From assembly GCA_041577295.1 (NCBI GenBank), contig JBFGJG010000054.1, positions 1 to 26,179 on the forward strand: a stretch of 26,179 nucleotides of DNA, in the 5' to 3' direction. Positions 7,203 through 16,051 of this stretch are shown here, one piece after another (the stretch's first letter is position 1; each line of letters opens with the position of its first letter). A program made the position numbers and the translations under genes. The notes under the pieces are model-generated. The model saw only the letters and a list, made by a program, of their open reading frames with translations, had not been told where the DNA came from and did not search any database. This DNA comes from Gemmatimonadales bacterium (GTDB taxonomy: Bacteria; Gemmatimonadota; Gemmatimonadetes; Gemmatimonadales; GWC2-71-9).

Positions 7203-9011
7203 TTAGTAGTCGACCGGCCGCAGATAACTCTCGCCGATCGCGCTGCTGCTCACCATAGCAACGGTCGGCAGACGCCGCTTCCAATGCGTTGAACGGAGGC
7301 GTCTACTGACCGTCTCGACTTCCTCGTGCGTGAAGCCGAGACTCGTGATCTGATGCGGTCGAACCCCCTCGAGCAACCAATGCAAAATGTGATCGGCCTT
7401 GTCGTAGCTAATGCCGAGGTCCTCTTCATCCGTTTGGCCCCGAATCAGGTCAGCGGTGGCGGGCTTGGCGACCACGATCTCGGGGAGCCCCATGTGGCGT
7501 GCTAGCGCCCGCACTTGGGTCTTGAATAGATCACCGAGGGGGTTAACTGGGGGTGCGTCGTCGCCGTGCCAGGTGAAGTATCCCAAAAGACGTTCCGTCT
7601 TGTTCCCCGTGCCGAGCGGGAGTGCGTTGTGCTTGACGGATAGGTCGAACAACGTGACCATGCGCATCCGCGCCATCACGTTCCCTCGCCGCGCAGCGTC
7701 CGCCTGCGCATCCGCCGCGGTGACATACCCATCGACAGCGTCGGTGATGTCCACCGTCAGCATCTCGATTCCCAATTGCCCGGCCACGAGCGCGGCATGT
7801 TCCAGACTCTCGACGCTGGAGGTGCGGTAGGGCATTCGAACCCCGACGACGTTCTTCGGCCCGAGCGCCCGCGCCGCCAACGCGGCCGTGAGGGAGCTGT
7901 CCACTCCCCCCGACAACCCCACGATCCCCTTCGAGAAGTCTCTTCGCTCGATGAGCTCGTCGCGCAGGAACTGAACGAGCCACTGTTCCGTGAGGACAGG
8001 GTCGATCACCAACGGATCCGCTCGGTCACGTGTGCTGACAACCCTATGCCTGGATTCCGGTGCGGGACGGGGAGTGCGGGGGCATTCATCTTCGGGATCG
8101 AAATCCACTTCACGCACCGTGCTACCACCAAATGGTTCCAACAGATTCAACATCTGCGCCTCGAGATCGGCGAGGAGTGGGAAAGCAGCGCGCGCGCGCG
8201 TGATCTCATCGGTGTCGATCTCAACCGTGATCAAGGCCTCCTCGAAAAGCGGACCCCTGACGAGAACATCACCGCTCGGAGCGACTGCGAGCGACGCGCC
8301 GGAAAGACCCTTCCCCCCTTCGAACCCTACCAGCTGCGCCAAAAGCACGTACAGTCCGTGCTCCTCTGCGATCCGGCGCATAACACGCTCCCAGCGACGC
8401 ACGCTGGCGGGCAACGCCTCTCCATCTTCGGACCGCGCGCTGCCCGGCCCGATACCACGGGCCGGTGAGGCGCTCGGGACGATCACGAGCTGCGCGCCGT
8501 CTAGTGCCGCGAGGGTCGGGACTAGTGAATGCCAAGCGTCCTCGCAGATCACCATCGCGGCCCTCCCCCAATCGGTCTCGAACGCCTGCACAAACTGCCC
8601 GCGGTCGACGAACCGTTCCTCGTCAAACACCCCGTACGTTGGGAGAAAGACCTTGCGATGGACGTGACGCACACCCGGTTGCGCGCCGCCAAGGGTCGCG
8701 TACATGGCGGAGTTGAAGTACCGGTTGCGGTACTCCTCGTAAAACCCGACGACCACATCGACCTGGGGACATCCCGAAAGTGAGTGCTGCGCAGCCAGAT
8801 CGCGGAAGAGCGTCCCCGTCGAGACGGCGACATCCCGCACACCCCCCTCGAGGAAGTAGCCCGACATGACCGTTTCGGGAAACACGATGAGCCCAGGCGT
8901 CGTCTCGGATCCGGCGATTTGGGCGAACACCGATCCGACACGCCTGAGGTTCTCGCCGTAGTCGGCTTTGCGGGGCCGGATCTGGGCGATGGCCACGCGG
9001 AGCAAAGGCAT
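7203..9011 (-). CDS. nadE: Glutamine-dependent NAD+ synthetase (nitrilase domain fused to synthetase domain)
   Basis: Nitrilase triad FPET / HRKVFLPTYGVFDEERF / ICED; synthetase GLSGGVDSS, NVMARMRM, GTGNKTE, DLFKTQV; start MPLLRVAIAQ. Confidence 0.93.
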   Translation of the reverse strand: MPLLRVAIAQIRPRKADYGENLRRVGSVFAQIAGSETTPGLIVFPETVMSGYFLEGGVRDVAVSTGTLFRDLAAQHSLSGCPQVDVVVGFYEEYRNRYFNSAMYATLGGAQPGVRHVHRKVFLPTYGVFDEERFVDRGQFVQAFETDWGRAAMVICEDAWHSLVPTLAALDGAQLVIVPSASPARGIGPGSARSEDGEALPASVRRWERVMRRIAEEHGLYVLLAQLVGFEGGKGLSGASLAVAPSGDVLVRGPLFEEALITVEIDTDEITRARAAFPLLADLEAQMLNLLEPFGGSTVREVDFDPEDECPRTPRPAPESRHRVVSTRDRADPLVIDPVLTEQWLVQFLRDELIERRDFSKGIVGLSGGVDSSLTAALAARALGPKNVVGVRMPYRTSSVESLEHAALVAGQLGIEMLTVDITDAVDGYVTAADAQADAARRGNVMARMRMVTLFDLSVKHNALPLGTGNKTERLLGYFTWHGDDAPPVNPLGDLFKTQVRALARHMGLPEIVVAKPATADLIRGQTDEEDLGISYDKADHILHWLLEGVRPHQITSLGFTHEEVETVSRRLRSTHWKRRLPTVAMVSSSAIGESYLRPVDY

Positions 9012-9018
9012 GCTCGGG

Positions 9019-9047
9019 AAAATAGATGGATACGCCCCCTGGGTCAC
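9019..9047 (-). promoter_or_regulatory. Putative leaderless sigma70 promoter of nadE
   Basis: GTGACC-17 bp-TATTTT then 7 nt to the ATG; no Shine-Dalgarno. Confidence 0.5.
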
Positions 9048-9130
9048 GGTCGCGGAAACCGAGTGACCGCCAGGGGGCGACTTATTACGAATGGGATGTG
9101 GGGAGCGGGGCGGGCCACCCGCTTATCGAG

Positions 9131-9718
9131 TTACGGCGTGAGTCCAGGAGCTGGTGCGGTCATCACCGCCTGTGAGGTGTCCAATGGGACCGGGATTGGC
9201 CGTCGTGGACGGACGTCCTCGTTCCGTCCTCCCCCGATGAGCATTCCCACGGTTGCTGCCGCGGCTACCAACGCAACGGGAATCGAGATCTTTACCAGGC
9301 GCCGCTTGAAGCTCGGCTTGAGACGAACCCGCAGCTCCGCGTTCTCGCGACGGAGTCGGCTCTTCTCGATCGCTTTCTCCACCGCCGCGGTGAGATGGGA
9401 CATGTCGATGGGCTTCGTGAGAAAGCTCTCCGCGCCCATCTGCATAGCCTTAACCGCGAGGTCAACGTCACCGTGCCCGGTCAGCATGATGACCATCGCA
9501 CGCTGGCGACGCAGGTCTTCTAAGACCTCCATACCGCTCATGTCCGGAAGGAACAGGTCGAGGATCGTGACGTCCGGCTCGTGCTGATGCCACAAGCCCA
9601 AACCCTCCTTACCGGAGGACGCCTGATAAACCTCGTAATCCATCCGCTCGAAGAACCGCCCCATCGTCCGCAGGACGTCCGGGTCGTCGTCGATCATGAG
9701 GATGCTATGTTCTGCCAC
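9131..9718 (-). CDS. Response regulator receiver domain with C-terminal transmembrane segment
   Basis: IDDD, ILDLFLPDMSG (phospho-Asp), LTGHG, FLTKP; coiled linker then hydrophobic ISIPVALVAAAATVGMLIG. Confidence 0.85.
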   Translation of the reverse strand: MAEHSILMIDDDPDVLRTMGRFFERMDYEVYQASSGKEGLGLWHQHEPDVTILDLFLPDMSGMEVLEDLRRQRAMVIMLTGHGDVDLAVKAMQMGAESFLTKPIDMSHLTAAVEKAIEKSRLRRENAELRVRLKPSFKRRLVKISIPVALVAAAATVGMLIGGGRNEDVRPRRPIPVPLDTSQAVMTAPAPGLTP

Positions 9719-9819
9719 AGCAACACCTTAGAGGAATAGAGTTATTGGGCCGGGCACACGAAACCCGACGCTTTCATCAGTATCGGCCCCGGGGCAGCGC
9801 TTCTTGAGCCCCGGCGACT

Positions 9820-10638
9820 CTAGCTGAATAGCTCGACTTGCTGGCGAAGTGCCTTGGGGTCCATCGGTGTTTGACCGACGGCTCGCTGGAGGGATCGAGC
9901 GCTTTGGGGGCTGTGACCCTGGAAGTGATTGTTGAAGTATCCGTACACGGTTCGCACTCGTTCGGCGAGCGCGCGGATCGCATCGCCCCACTGAGCCAGC
10001 TCACGGTCGCGATCGACCTGAACTCGTGAGTAATCGATGATGGAACGTGTTGGTCCCATCCATCGGATGTAGGCAAAGTCGGCGGTGGGCTGGCGGATGA
10101 GGTCGAGCACTGTTCGACGCCGGATCCACCGTCCGTCCACGAGTGCGAGGGCGATATTGTGTGACCGCAAGCGTTCCAGCATGGCGGTGGTGACCCAGCG
10201 AGGATCTCTGAACTCGACTGCCCATCGGAACTCGGCAGGGAGCTGCCCGATGAACTCGGCGAGGATCGACTCGTGCTCATCCGTGGCTCGGAAGGCCGGA
10301 CTCAGCTGTACCAGCAACGGGCCCAGAGTATCACCGAGGAGCCGGGCGCGCTCCAAGAACTGGTTCAGGAGTTCCTGGACGTCCGTGAGTTGCCGGGTGT
10401 GCGTGATCTCCTGGGGAATTTTCAAGGCAAACACGAAGTCCTGGGGAACGCGTTCGCGCCACTCACGCACAACGGCTTCAGGTGGGGTTCCGTAAAACGT
10501 CGAATCGACCTCCACGGTACGAAAGGCGCGCGAATAGATCTGCAGCATCCCGGCTTGCTTCGTGCCGTGAGGGTAGAATGGTCCCACCCAAGCCGGATAT
10601 CCCCAACCCTGTGTCCCGAGGAGCACCTCCGCCGTCAT
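9820..10638 (-). CDS. DUF72 domain protein
   Basis: GTQGWGYPAWVGPFYP, VEVDSTFY, LKIPQEITH, LGPLLVQLSP, VEFRDPRW, YFNNH. Confidence 0.92.
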   Translation of the reverse strand: MTAEVLLGTQGWGYPAWVGPFYPHGTKQAGMLQIYSRAFRTVEVDSTFYGTPPEAVVREWRERVPQDFVFALKIPQEITHTRQLTDVQELLNQFLERARLLGDTLGPLLVQLSPAFRATDEHESILAEFIGQLPAEFRWAVEFRDPRWVTTAMLERLRSHNIALALVDGRWIRRRTVLDLIRQPTADFAYIRWMGPTRSIIDYSRVQVDRDRELAQWGDAIRALAERVRTVYGYFNNHFQGHSPQSARSLQRAVGQTPMDPKALRQQVELFS

Positions 10639-10645
10639 GACCGTG

Positions 10646-11044
10646 TCACCCTGCGGTTCGCTGCCAGTACATGCGCATCTCCGCTATCTTGTCATCGCTC
10701 GTCTCGCAGAAGAGCGCTCCCTTGATGTCGATCCGATCGCCGGAACGGCGCCGTCTGAAGGTGCAGCGAAACTCAGTGGCGAACCATGGACCGGCAACGT
10801 AAATCTCGCCGTATCGGAATGAGACCTCTGCTTGTTCAGAGGGGATGTCCTTCCAGTATTCGACGATCGCCGTCCGTCCGCGGAGGGGCGCGTCGAATGG
10901 TCCGGGGACAAAGACGGCGTCGTCGGTGAACACCTCCGCCATCTCTTCCGCGCGGCCATTCATCCAGCCGGCGCCGAAGTGCTCGATGAGCGCGCTGTAC
11001 GTTGCGCGTTGCGCTTTCCAGTCCGCCGAGGGGGTGCCTATCAC
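10646..11044 (-). CDS. SnoaL/NTF2-like fold protein
   Basis: VFTDDAVF, LRGRTAIVEYW, KIAEMRMYW. Confidence 0.82.
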   Translation of the reverse strand: MIGTPSADWKAQRATYSALIEHFGAGWMNGRAEEMAEVFTDDAVFVPGPFDAPLRGRTAIVEYWKDIPSEQAEVSFRYGEIYVAGPWFATEFRCTFRRRRSGDRIDIKGALFCETSDDKIAEMRMYWQRTAG

Positions 11045-11150
11045 GTCGTGGAGCCTACAGGGGAATGCCAGGCGGCTGCAAGGGGAGCCGCAGGTTCACG
11101 CGGCCCCCGCCACGTCACCCGAGCGAGATATGGGATACGGGGAACGGTAG

Positions 11151-12089
11151 GTGCCGAGCTCCCCCCTACCAATCGTGATCGACACCGATCCCGGGATCGA
11201 TGACGTCGTCGCCCTCGCCCTCGCGGTCTGCTCTCCGGAACTCGACATCCTCGCCATCACGACGTCATATGGGAACGCTCCACTCGCCGCAACGACACGC
11301 AACGTCCGGGAACTCTTGGGCATTCTGGGACGAGACGACATTCGTGTCGTGCCTGGTACCGATCGTCCCCTCGTCAGACCGTTGGTGACGGCTCCGGAGA
11401 CGCACGGCAAATCGGGTGTAGGGTTTGCGCAGGTCTCCAAATCCACTCCAGCGGATGGTATTCCCAACCAGCGCGCCCTCGTTGAGGTGCTCGCGGCGGC
11501 GTCCAACCCCGTCACCTTGATAACACTCGGTCCGTTGACCAACCTCGCAGTGGCATGGGAACAGGACGAAGAACTGGTGGGGGAGAAGGTCGAGCGCCAC
11601 CTGGGGATGTTCGGGAACATCGCCGAGCGCGGAAACACGAATCGATGGGCCGACTTCAATGCGTGGTGTGATCCGGAAGCCACGCAGAAGGTCCTCGAGT
11701 CCGGAATCGGCACGTCGATGGTAGGGCTGGATGTGACCCGACGCATGGCACTTTCCAGCGACGAGGTGGAGCGGCTGGCGACGTCCGACCGAGCGCTGAT
11801 CCGGTGGCTGGAACGCGCCCTGGCATTCTATGTGCAATTCCACAGGTTCCAGGAACGCTTGGACGGTTGTGTGGTCAACGACGTGCTGCCGGTTGGTGTC
11901 CTACTCGACCCGGACCTGCTGACCTGGAAGGAGATTCCGTTGCGTGTGGTATTGGACAATGACGAGCACCGGGGGCATACCAAGGAGCACCCGGACGGCG
12001 CTAGCACCCCGGTCGCGATGGGCGTGGACATTGCCCGAATGCGGAGCCTGTTGCGGCGGGTGTTTGGTGACCTGTTGGACGACCAGTGA
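11151..12089 (+). CDS. Inosine/uridine-preferring nucleoside hydrolase family protein (divergent active site)
   Basis: IDTDPGIDDVVAL, YGN, ETHG, TLGPLTNLA, FNAWCDPEA, VGLDVT. Confidence 0.9.
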   Translation: MPSSPLPIVIDTDPGIDDVVALALAVCSPELDILAITTSYGNAPLAATTRNVRELLGILGRDDIRVVPGTDRPLVRPLVTAPETHGKSGVGFAQVSKSTPADGIPNQRALVEVLAAASNPVTLITLGPLTNLAVAWEQDEELVGEKVERHLGMFGNIAERGNTNRWADFNAWCDPEATQKVLESGIGTSMVGLDVTRRMALSSDEVERLATSDRALIRWLERALAFYVQFHRFQERLDGCVVNDVLPVGVLLDPDLLTWKEIPLRVVLDNDEHRGHTKEHPDGASTPVAMGVDIARMRSLLRRVFGDLLDDQ

Positions 12090-12120
12090 AGCCACACACC
12101 CCCAGGACGCGGTGGTCTAG

Positions 12121-13101
12121 GTGAACAAGGTCGATCGCACGAGCCGCGCGGCTTCCCGCCACCTCCGCGTTTCCGTGATCGGGACCGGCGATATCGGACG
12201 TGGCTGGGCCGCACTCTGCGTTGCTGCCGGCTGGCCGGTCTATCTGTACGATGCCCATACCGGCGCACTGCGCGACGCTCCAAAGGAGGTTGAAGCGCGG
12301 GCGAGGACCCTCGTGGAACTGGACCACGCGGTGGCACCTGCCCTGGAGCAAGGTCTGGAAAACCTCCGAGTGGGCCGAAGCCTTCTGGACGCCTGTGGCA
12401 ATGCCCAGTGGATTATCGAGGCAGCCCAGGAAGATCTCGCCGTCAAACAAAAGCTGTTCGAGGCAATCGAGTCGGTTGCGCCAAAAGCACGCGCCGTGAC
12501 TAGTTCATCGAGCGGTTTCCATCCCAAGGACATCGCTGCGCGCTGCGTTCGGCCCGATCGCTGCCTGGTGGCTCACCCGCTCAACCCTCCAGAGATCGTT
12601 CCGCTCGTCGAACTGGTGCCGAGCGCAGTCACCGACAGCGCGCTCCTGGAGGTGGTGAAGGGCTGGCTGCGGGCGCTGGGCCGCGTCCCGGTCGTCATTC
12701 GCAAACCTGTGCCAGGCAACGTCGCCGGTAGAATTGCCGCGGCCGTGTGGCGTGAGGCAATCGACCTCGTGCTAGAGGGCGTGATTGACGTCGCCGACCT
12801 CGACCGAGCGGTGTCCGTTGGGCCGGCTATTGGCTGGGCCGCCGCGGGACCGCATCTCACCTATCATCTCGCCGCTGGGGACCGCGGGGTCGGAGCGTTC
12901 CTGCAACATCTCTTGCACACGTTCGAGAACGCGTGGGGCAACCTGGCGAGCTGGTCGAAGCTCGAACCAGAGCAACAGCGGAAACTGATCAAAGCGATTG
13001 AACGGACGTATCAAGGCCGTATCGAGGAACTGCGGCTCGCCCGCGACCGGCGGCTCGCCGCGTTGCTACGGGGCCTGGAGCACTCAAAAACGAAAAGCTA
13101 G
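12121..13101 (+). CDS. 3-hydroxyacyl-CoA dehydrogenase family, L-carnitine dehydrogenase/lambda-crystallin-like
   Basis: IGTGDIGRGWA Rossmann motif, IEAAQEDLAVK, TSSSSG, AHPLNPP...LVELV, WREAIDLV. Confidence 0.85.
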   Translation: MNKVDRTSRAASRHLRVSVIGTGDIGRGWAALCVAAGWPVYLYDAHTGALRDAPKEVEARARTLVELDHAVAPALEQGLENLRVGRSLLDACGNAQWIIEAAQEDLAVKQKLFEAIESVAPKARAVTSSSSGFHPKDIAARCVRPDRCLVAHPLNPPEIVPLVELVPSAVTDSALLEVVKGWLRALGRVPVVIRKPVPGNVAGRIAAAVWREAIDLVLEGVIDVADLDRAVSVGPAIGWAAAGPHLTYHLAAGDRGVGAFLQHLLHTFENAWGNLASWSKLEPEQQRKLIKAIERTYQGRIEELRLARDRRLAALLRGLEHSKTKS

Positions 13102-13122
13102 GACCGACGCCGCCCGGCTGGG

Positions 13123-14289
13123 TCACACCGCAACGAGCAAACCCGTCCCATACATGATCAGCAGTCCCGCCAGCACCCCACCAGCCGTCGCGGGACTCCA
13201 CAGCCCGGCTTCCGAATCCTTTCCGATGAGCTTTGAGAGCGCGATCACCACCTGAAGGATCGCGCCGGCGCCCAGCCCAAGAAACAGTGTGGCGTACAGG
13301 GGTGAATAAGCGAGACCGCCAATCGCCGCTCCCACGATCGTCGGAACGCCGGCGAGGAGGCCGAGCCCGACGAGCGTTGTGATCTTCGGCCGGTCTTTGG
13401 CGATCGGCGCGACGATCCCCAGACCCTCGGTGGTGTTGTGCAACATGAAGCCGATGATTAGAAACGCTCCGAGGGCTGCCTCTCCGAGCGAATACGCCGC
13501 TCCAATTGCCAGCCCCTCGCCGAGGTTGTGCAGGCCGATTCCTAGAGCGATCAACACCGCAACGGTTTTGCGGCCCCGTTCGCCTCCCATGCTCGTCCGG
13601 GTACGCGACAGCATTTGCAAAAGTAGAAGGCTTCCGAGCGCTCCAATCGCCACGAGCGCCACACCCTGATATGCCCCGGCGACCTGCTCCGCGGCTTCCA
13701 GCGCCTCTTGAACAGCGTCAACTGCGAGGAAGATCAGAAGACCCGCCGTCAGGGCGAGCACGAAGTCGAACCACACCCTACGCAACTCCCGTAAGAGTGG
13801 GTACCACAGGAGCCCAATGGCCACCGGGATGACGCCGACATACAAGCCGATCAAGGTGAAAACACCGAACAGTCTGGGGCCGGCGGGTGGTGTGACGGTG
13901 GCGACTGCGATCTCGTGGGTAAACGTCAGCCCGGTGGACGAGAGCAGAACGATCTCGTGCGGCTCGCCCCGGACCCAGGGATACGGGATGTCAATGCGCG
14001 CACGTTTGAGGCGCCCTACGGTCGCCGACGGTGTTACGGTGAAATCCCAGAATGCGTCGTCGACGATTACCTGAGCTACCGTGACGGGGTCGGGACCCCC
14101 ATTCACCACGTCCACACGAATCTTGCCGGGAGCGAGGGTGACGCGATCGAACGTCAACTCTTCAACTGGAGGGACGCCGCGACGCAGGAAATCCAGCAAG
14201 CCGGTGTTCGCGACGATCAATGAGAGCACGGCGAGGAGCGCCAGCGGCGCCAAACCCCACAGCCACAACTTCCCCCGTGCTTCGGTCAT
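13123..14289 (-). CDS. ZIP-family metal transporter with N-terminal TM and extracytoplasmic beta-rich domain
   Basis: GIGLHNLGEGLAIG and LHNTTEG metal-site helices; about 8 C-terminal TMs; about 100-aa soluble segment after TM1; ATGA overlap with oxidase stop. Confidence 0.9.
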   Translation of the reverse strand: MTEARGKLWLWGLAPLALLAVLSLIVANTGLLDFLRRGVPPVEELTFDRVTLAPGKIRVDVVNGGPDPVTVAQVIVDDAFWDFTVTPSATVGRLKRARIDIPYPWVRGEPHEIVLLSSTGLTFTHEIAVATVTPPAGPRLFGVFTLIGLYVGVIPVAIGLLWYPLLRELRRVWFDFVLALTAGLLIFLAVDAVQEALEAAEQVAGAYQGVALVAIGALGSLLLLQMLSRTRTSMGGERGRKTVAVLIALGIGLHNLGEGLAIGAAYSLGEAALGAFLIIGFMLHNTTEGLGIVAPIAKDRPKITTLVGLGLLAGVPTIVGAAIGGLAYSPLYATLFLGLGAGAILQVVIALSKLIGKDSEAGLWSPATAGGVLAGLLIMYGTGLLVAV

Positions 14290-15299
14290 GCGACGGGATC
14301 GACCACGTCGAAGAGCCCCATCCAGCCCAACTCCGCAAACTCGGATTGATGCGCATGGAACATGAACTGCCCAACGTGATTGTAAGTGAACTCCAAGATG
14401 TGACGCTCACCCTGGCACATCATGAGCGTGTCGGTGAACTCGTGCGGCGTGGACGCCGTGCCCGTGCGAAAGACATTGAAGAAATTGGCGTGCAAGTGCA
14501 TCGAGTTCAGGAGATCGAACTCGAGCACGTTGACCATGTATATCCGTTGCAGTTGCCCCTTCAGCACCTTGATGGGGTCGCGCTGGTAGGCGAAGGCAAC
14601 CGTGTTGACCGCGTAGACTTCATTCTCGCTGTCGAAATTGGTGTCGAAACCATTCAGCACCATGACCATCTCACGGGCAGGCCGACGTGGCGTTTTGGGA
14701 TCGATGATAAACGTGCCGTACAGCCCCTTTGCGATGTGCTTCTTCAGCGGCATTGTGTGACAGTGGTACAAATGCAAGCCGTAGGGCTCAGCGTCGAACT
14801 CGTAGACGAAGCTCTCACCGGGTGTCACCTGCTCAAACACGCCGTCCATGTTGGCAGGATGAAACCCGTGAAAGTGAATCGTATGGGGATGCGTACCGAG
14901 GTTGCGGAAGTTGACACGGATGCGATCGCCCTCAGTGACACGCAGGGTCGGTCCTGGTACCTGTCCGTTGTAGGTCCACGCAGGATAAGACACACCCGGG
15001 GCGACTTCGATCTCCTTGTCGATGGCGTCCAGGTTGAACTCCCGAAGTGTCTGCCCACTCGGAAGCCGGCTGACTTTTCCGTAATCGAAGTGCTCGAGAA
15101 ACGCGAGCGGATCGATCGAGCCGTTGCGTACCATACCCACCGTTCCACCCATGTGACTGAGCCCGCTGTGACTCCCACTCTGTGTCAAGGCCTGCGCCGA
15201 AGCCGTCGCGGCATTTCCGGCAAACGCGAACCCCGCGGCACCGGCGACACCCTGCTTGAGGAGATCGCGGCGAGACAATCTGCGGCCGCTACCCATCAT
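14286..15299 (-). CDS. Tat-exported two-domain multicopper oxidase (type C, T1 Cu site in domain 1 only)
   Basis: SRRDLLK Tat motif; WTYNGQVPGPTLR; HPHTIHFHG; YHCHTMPLKKHIAKGL; domain 2 SMHLHAN and FHAHQ lacking Cys. Confidence 0.9.
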   Translation of the reverse strand: MMGSGRRLSRRDLLKQGVAGAAGFAFAGNAATASAQALTQSGSHSGLSHMGGTVGMVRNGSIDPLAFLEHFDYGKVSRLPSGQTLREFNLDAIDKEIEVAPGVSYPAWTYNGQVPGPTLRVTEGDRIRVNFRNLGTHPHTIHFHGFHPANMDGVFEQVTPGESFVYEFDAEPYGLHLYHCHTMPLKKHIAKGLYGTFIIDPKTPRRPAREMVMVLNGFDTNFDSENEVYAVNTVAFAYQRDPIKVLKGQLQRIYMVNVLEFDLLNSMHLHANFFNVFRTGTASTPHEFTDTLMMCQGERHILEFTYNHVGQFMFHAHQSEFAELGWMGLFDVVDPVA

Positions 15300-15997
15300 C
15301 CCACCTCCTTATCCAAAACGTCACACTGGAGTGCTTGAGCGAGCTCGTATCCAATCACCTGCTCCTTCTTGCCGGAATCGAGCAGGCGAATGGTTACGGG
15401 ACCGCGAAACGGTTGGCGCCCCACCACCTCAAAGCCAACCCCGGGGCGGAGCCCAAGAGAAGCGATGAACCGGAGCAGCTCGGAATCCTTGTCGCTCACC
15501 ATCCGCAGCTCCGCGGTGGCGCCAACCGGGACCTCGGTCAGGCTCAACAGATCAGGCTGCTCGATATCGCCATCCACCGTTGGGATCGGCGCGCCGTGGG
15601 GATCGTAGCGCGGATTCCCCAAGGCAAGGGCCATCCGCTCGATCAGTTCGTCGGACACGGCATGTTCCAACCGCTCGGCCTCCTCATGCACCGAGTCCCA
15701 GTCGTACCCGAGTTTCGAGGTCAGATAGGTCTCGAGGATGCGATGCCGGCGGACCATGCGTAGTGCTGCCCGGCGCCCCGCTCGTGTGAGCTGAACACCA
15801 CGGTAGGGGACGTGTTCGAGAAGCCCGGACTCTGAGAGACGCTTCACCATGCCACTCACCGACGGTGGGGCAATGTCCAGCGCCTCCGCGATTGCGCTCG
15901 TCTGCGCCGGTCCCCCGTGGGACTCGAGCCGATAAATAGCCTTGAGATAGTCCTCCGTGGACTTGCTATAGCCCGTGCTGCTCGTATCGGCGATCAC
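15296..15997 (-). CDS. DtxR/MntR-family metal-dependent repressor with C-terminal FeoA/SH3-like domain
   Basis: STEDYLKAIY, PPSVSGMVKRL, RRHRILETYL, EAERLEHAVS, DPHGAPIP, LGLRPG; GTG start after AAGGGGG; ATGA overlap with oxidase. Confidence 0.93.
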   Translation of the reverse strand: MIADTSSTGYSKSTEDYLKAIYRLESHGGPAQTSAIAEALDIAPPSVSGMVKRLSESGLLEHVPYRGVQLTRAGRRAALRMVRRHRILETYLTSKLGYDWDSVHEEAERLEHAVSDELIERMALALGNPRYDPHGAPIPTVDGDIEQPDLLSLTEVPVGATAELRMVSDKDSELLRFIASLGLRPGVGFEVVGRQPFRGPVTIRLLDSGKKEQVIGYELAQALQCDVLDKEVG

Positions 15998-16037
15998 TGA
16001 GATCCCCCTTAAAATGAGGAGGCTACTAATCCAATTA

Positions 16038-16051
16038 TTAAGCTAGACTAA
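16038..16051. promoter_or_regulatory. DtxR/MntR-type operator
   Basis: TTAAGCTAGACTAA, 2 mismatches from palindrome TTAGGCTAGCCTAA, in an AT-rich patch directly downstream of the -10. Confidence 0.75.

Noticed and set aside
9755..9790. CTGATGA on the minus strand suggesting a hammerhead ribozyme
   Set aside because: No GAAA follows a stem II and stems I/III cannot be formed
14286..15299. Calling the oxidase nitrite reductase NirK
   Set aside because: Four HxH motifs suit a trinuclear cluster, the axial position is Leu, and the context is metal uptake rather than denitrification
14220..15338. 372-aa plus-strand ORF
   Set aside because: Antisense to the well-supported multicopper oxidase; no domain signature
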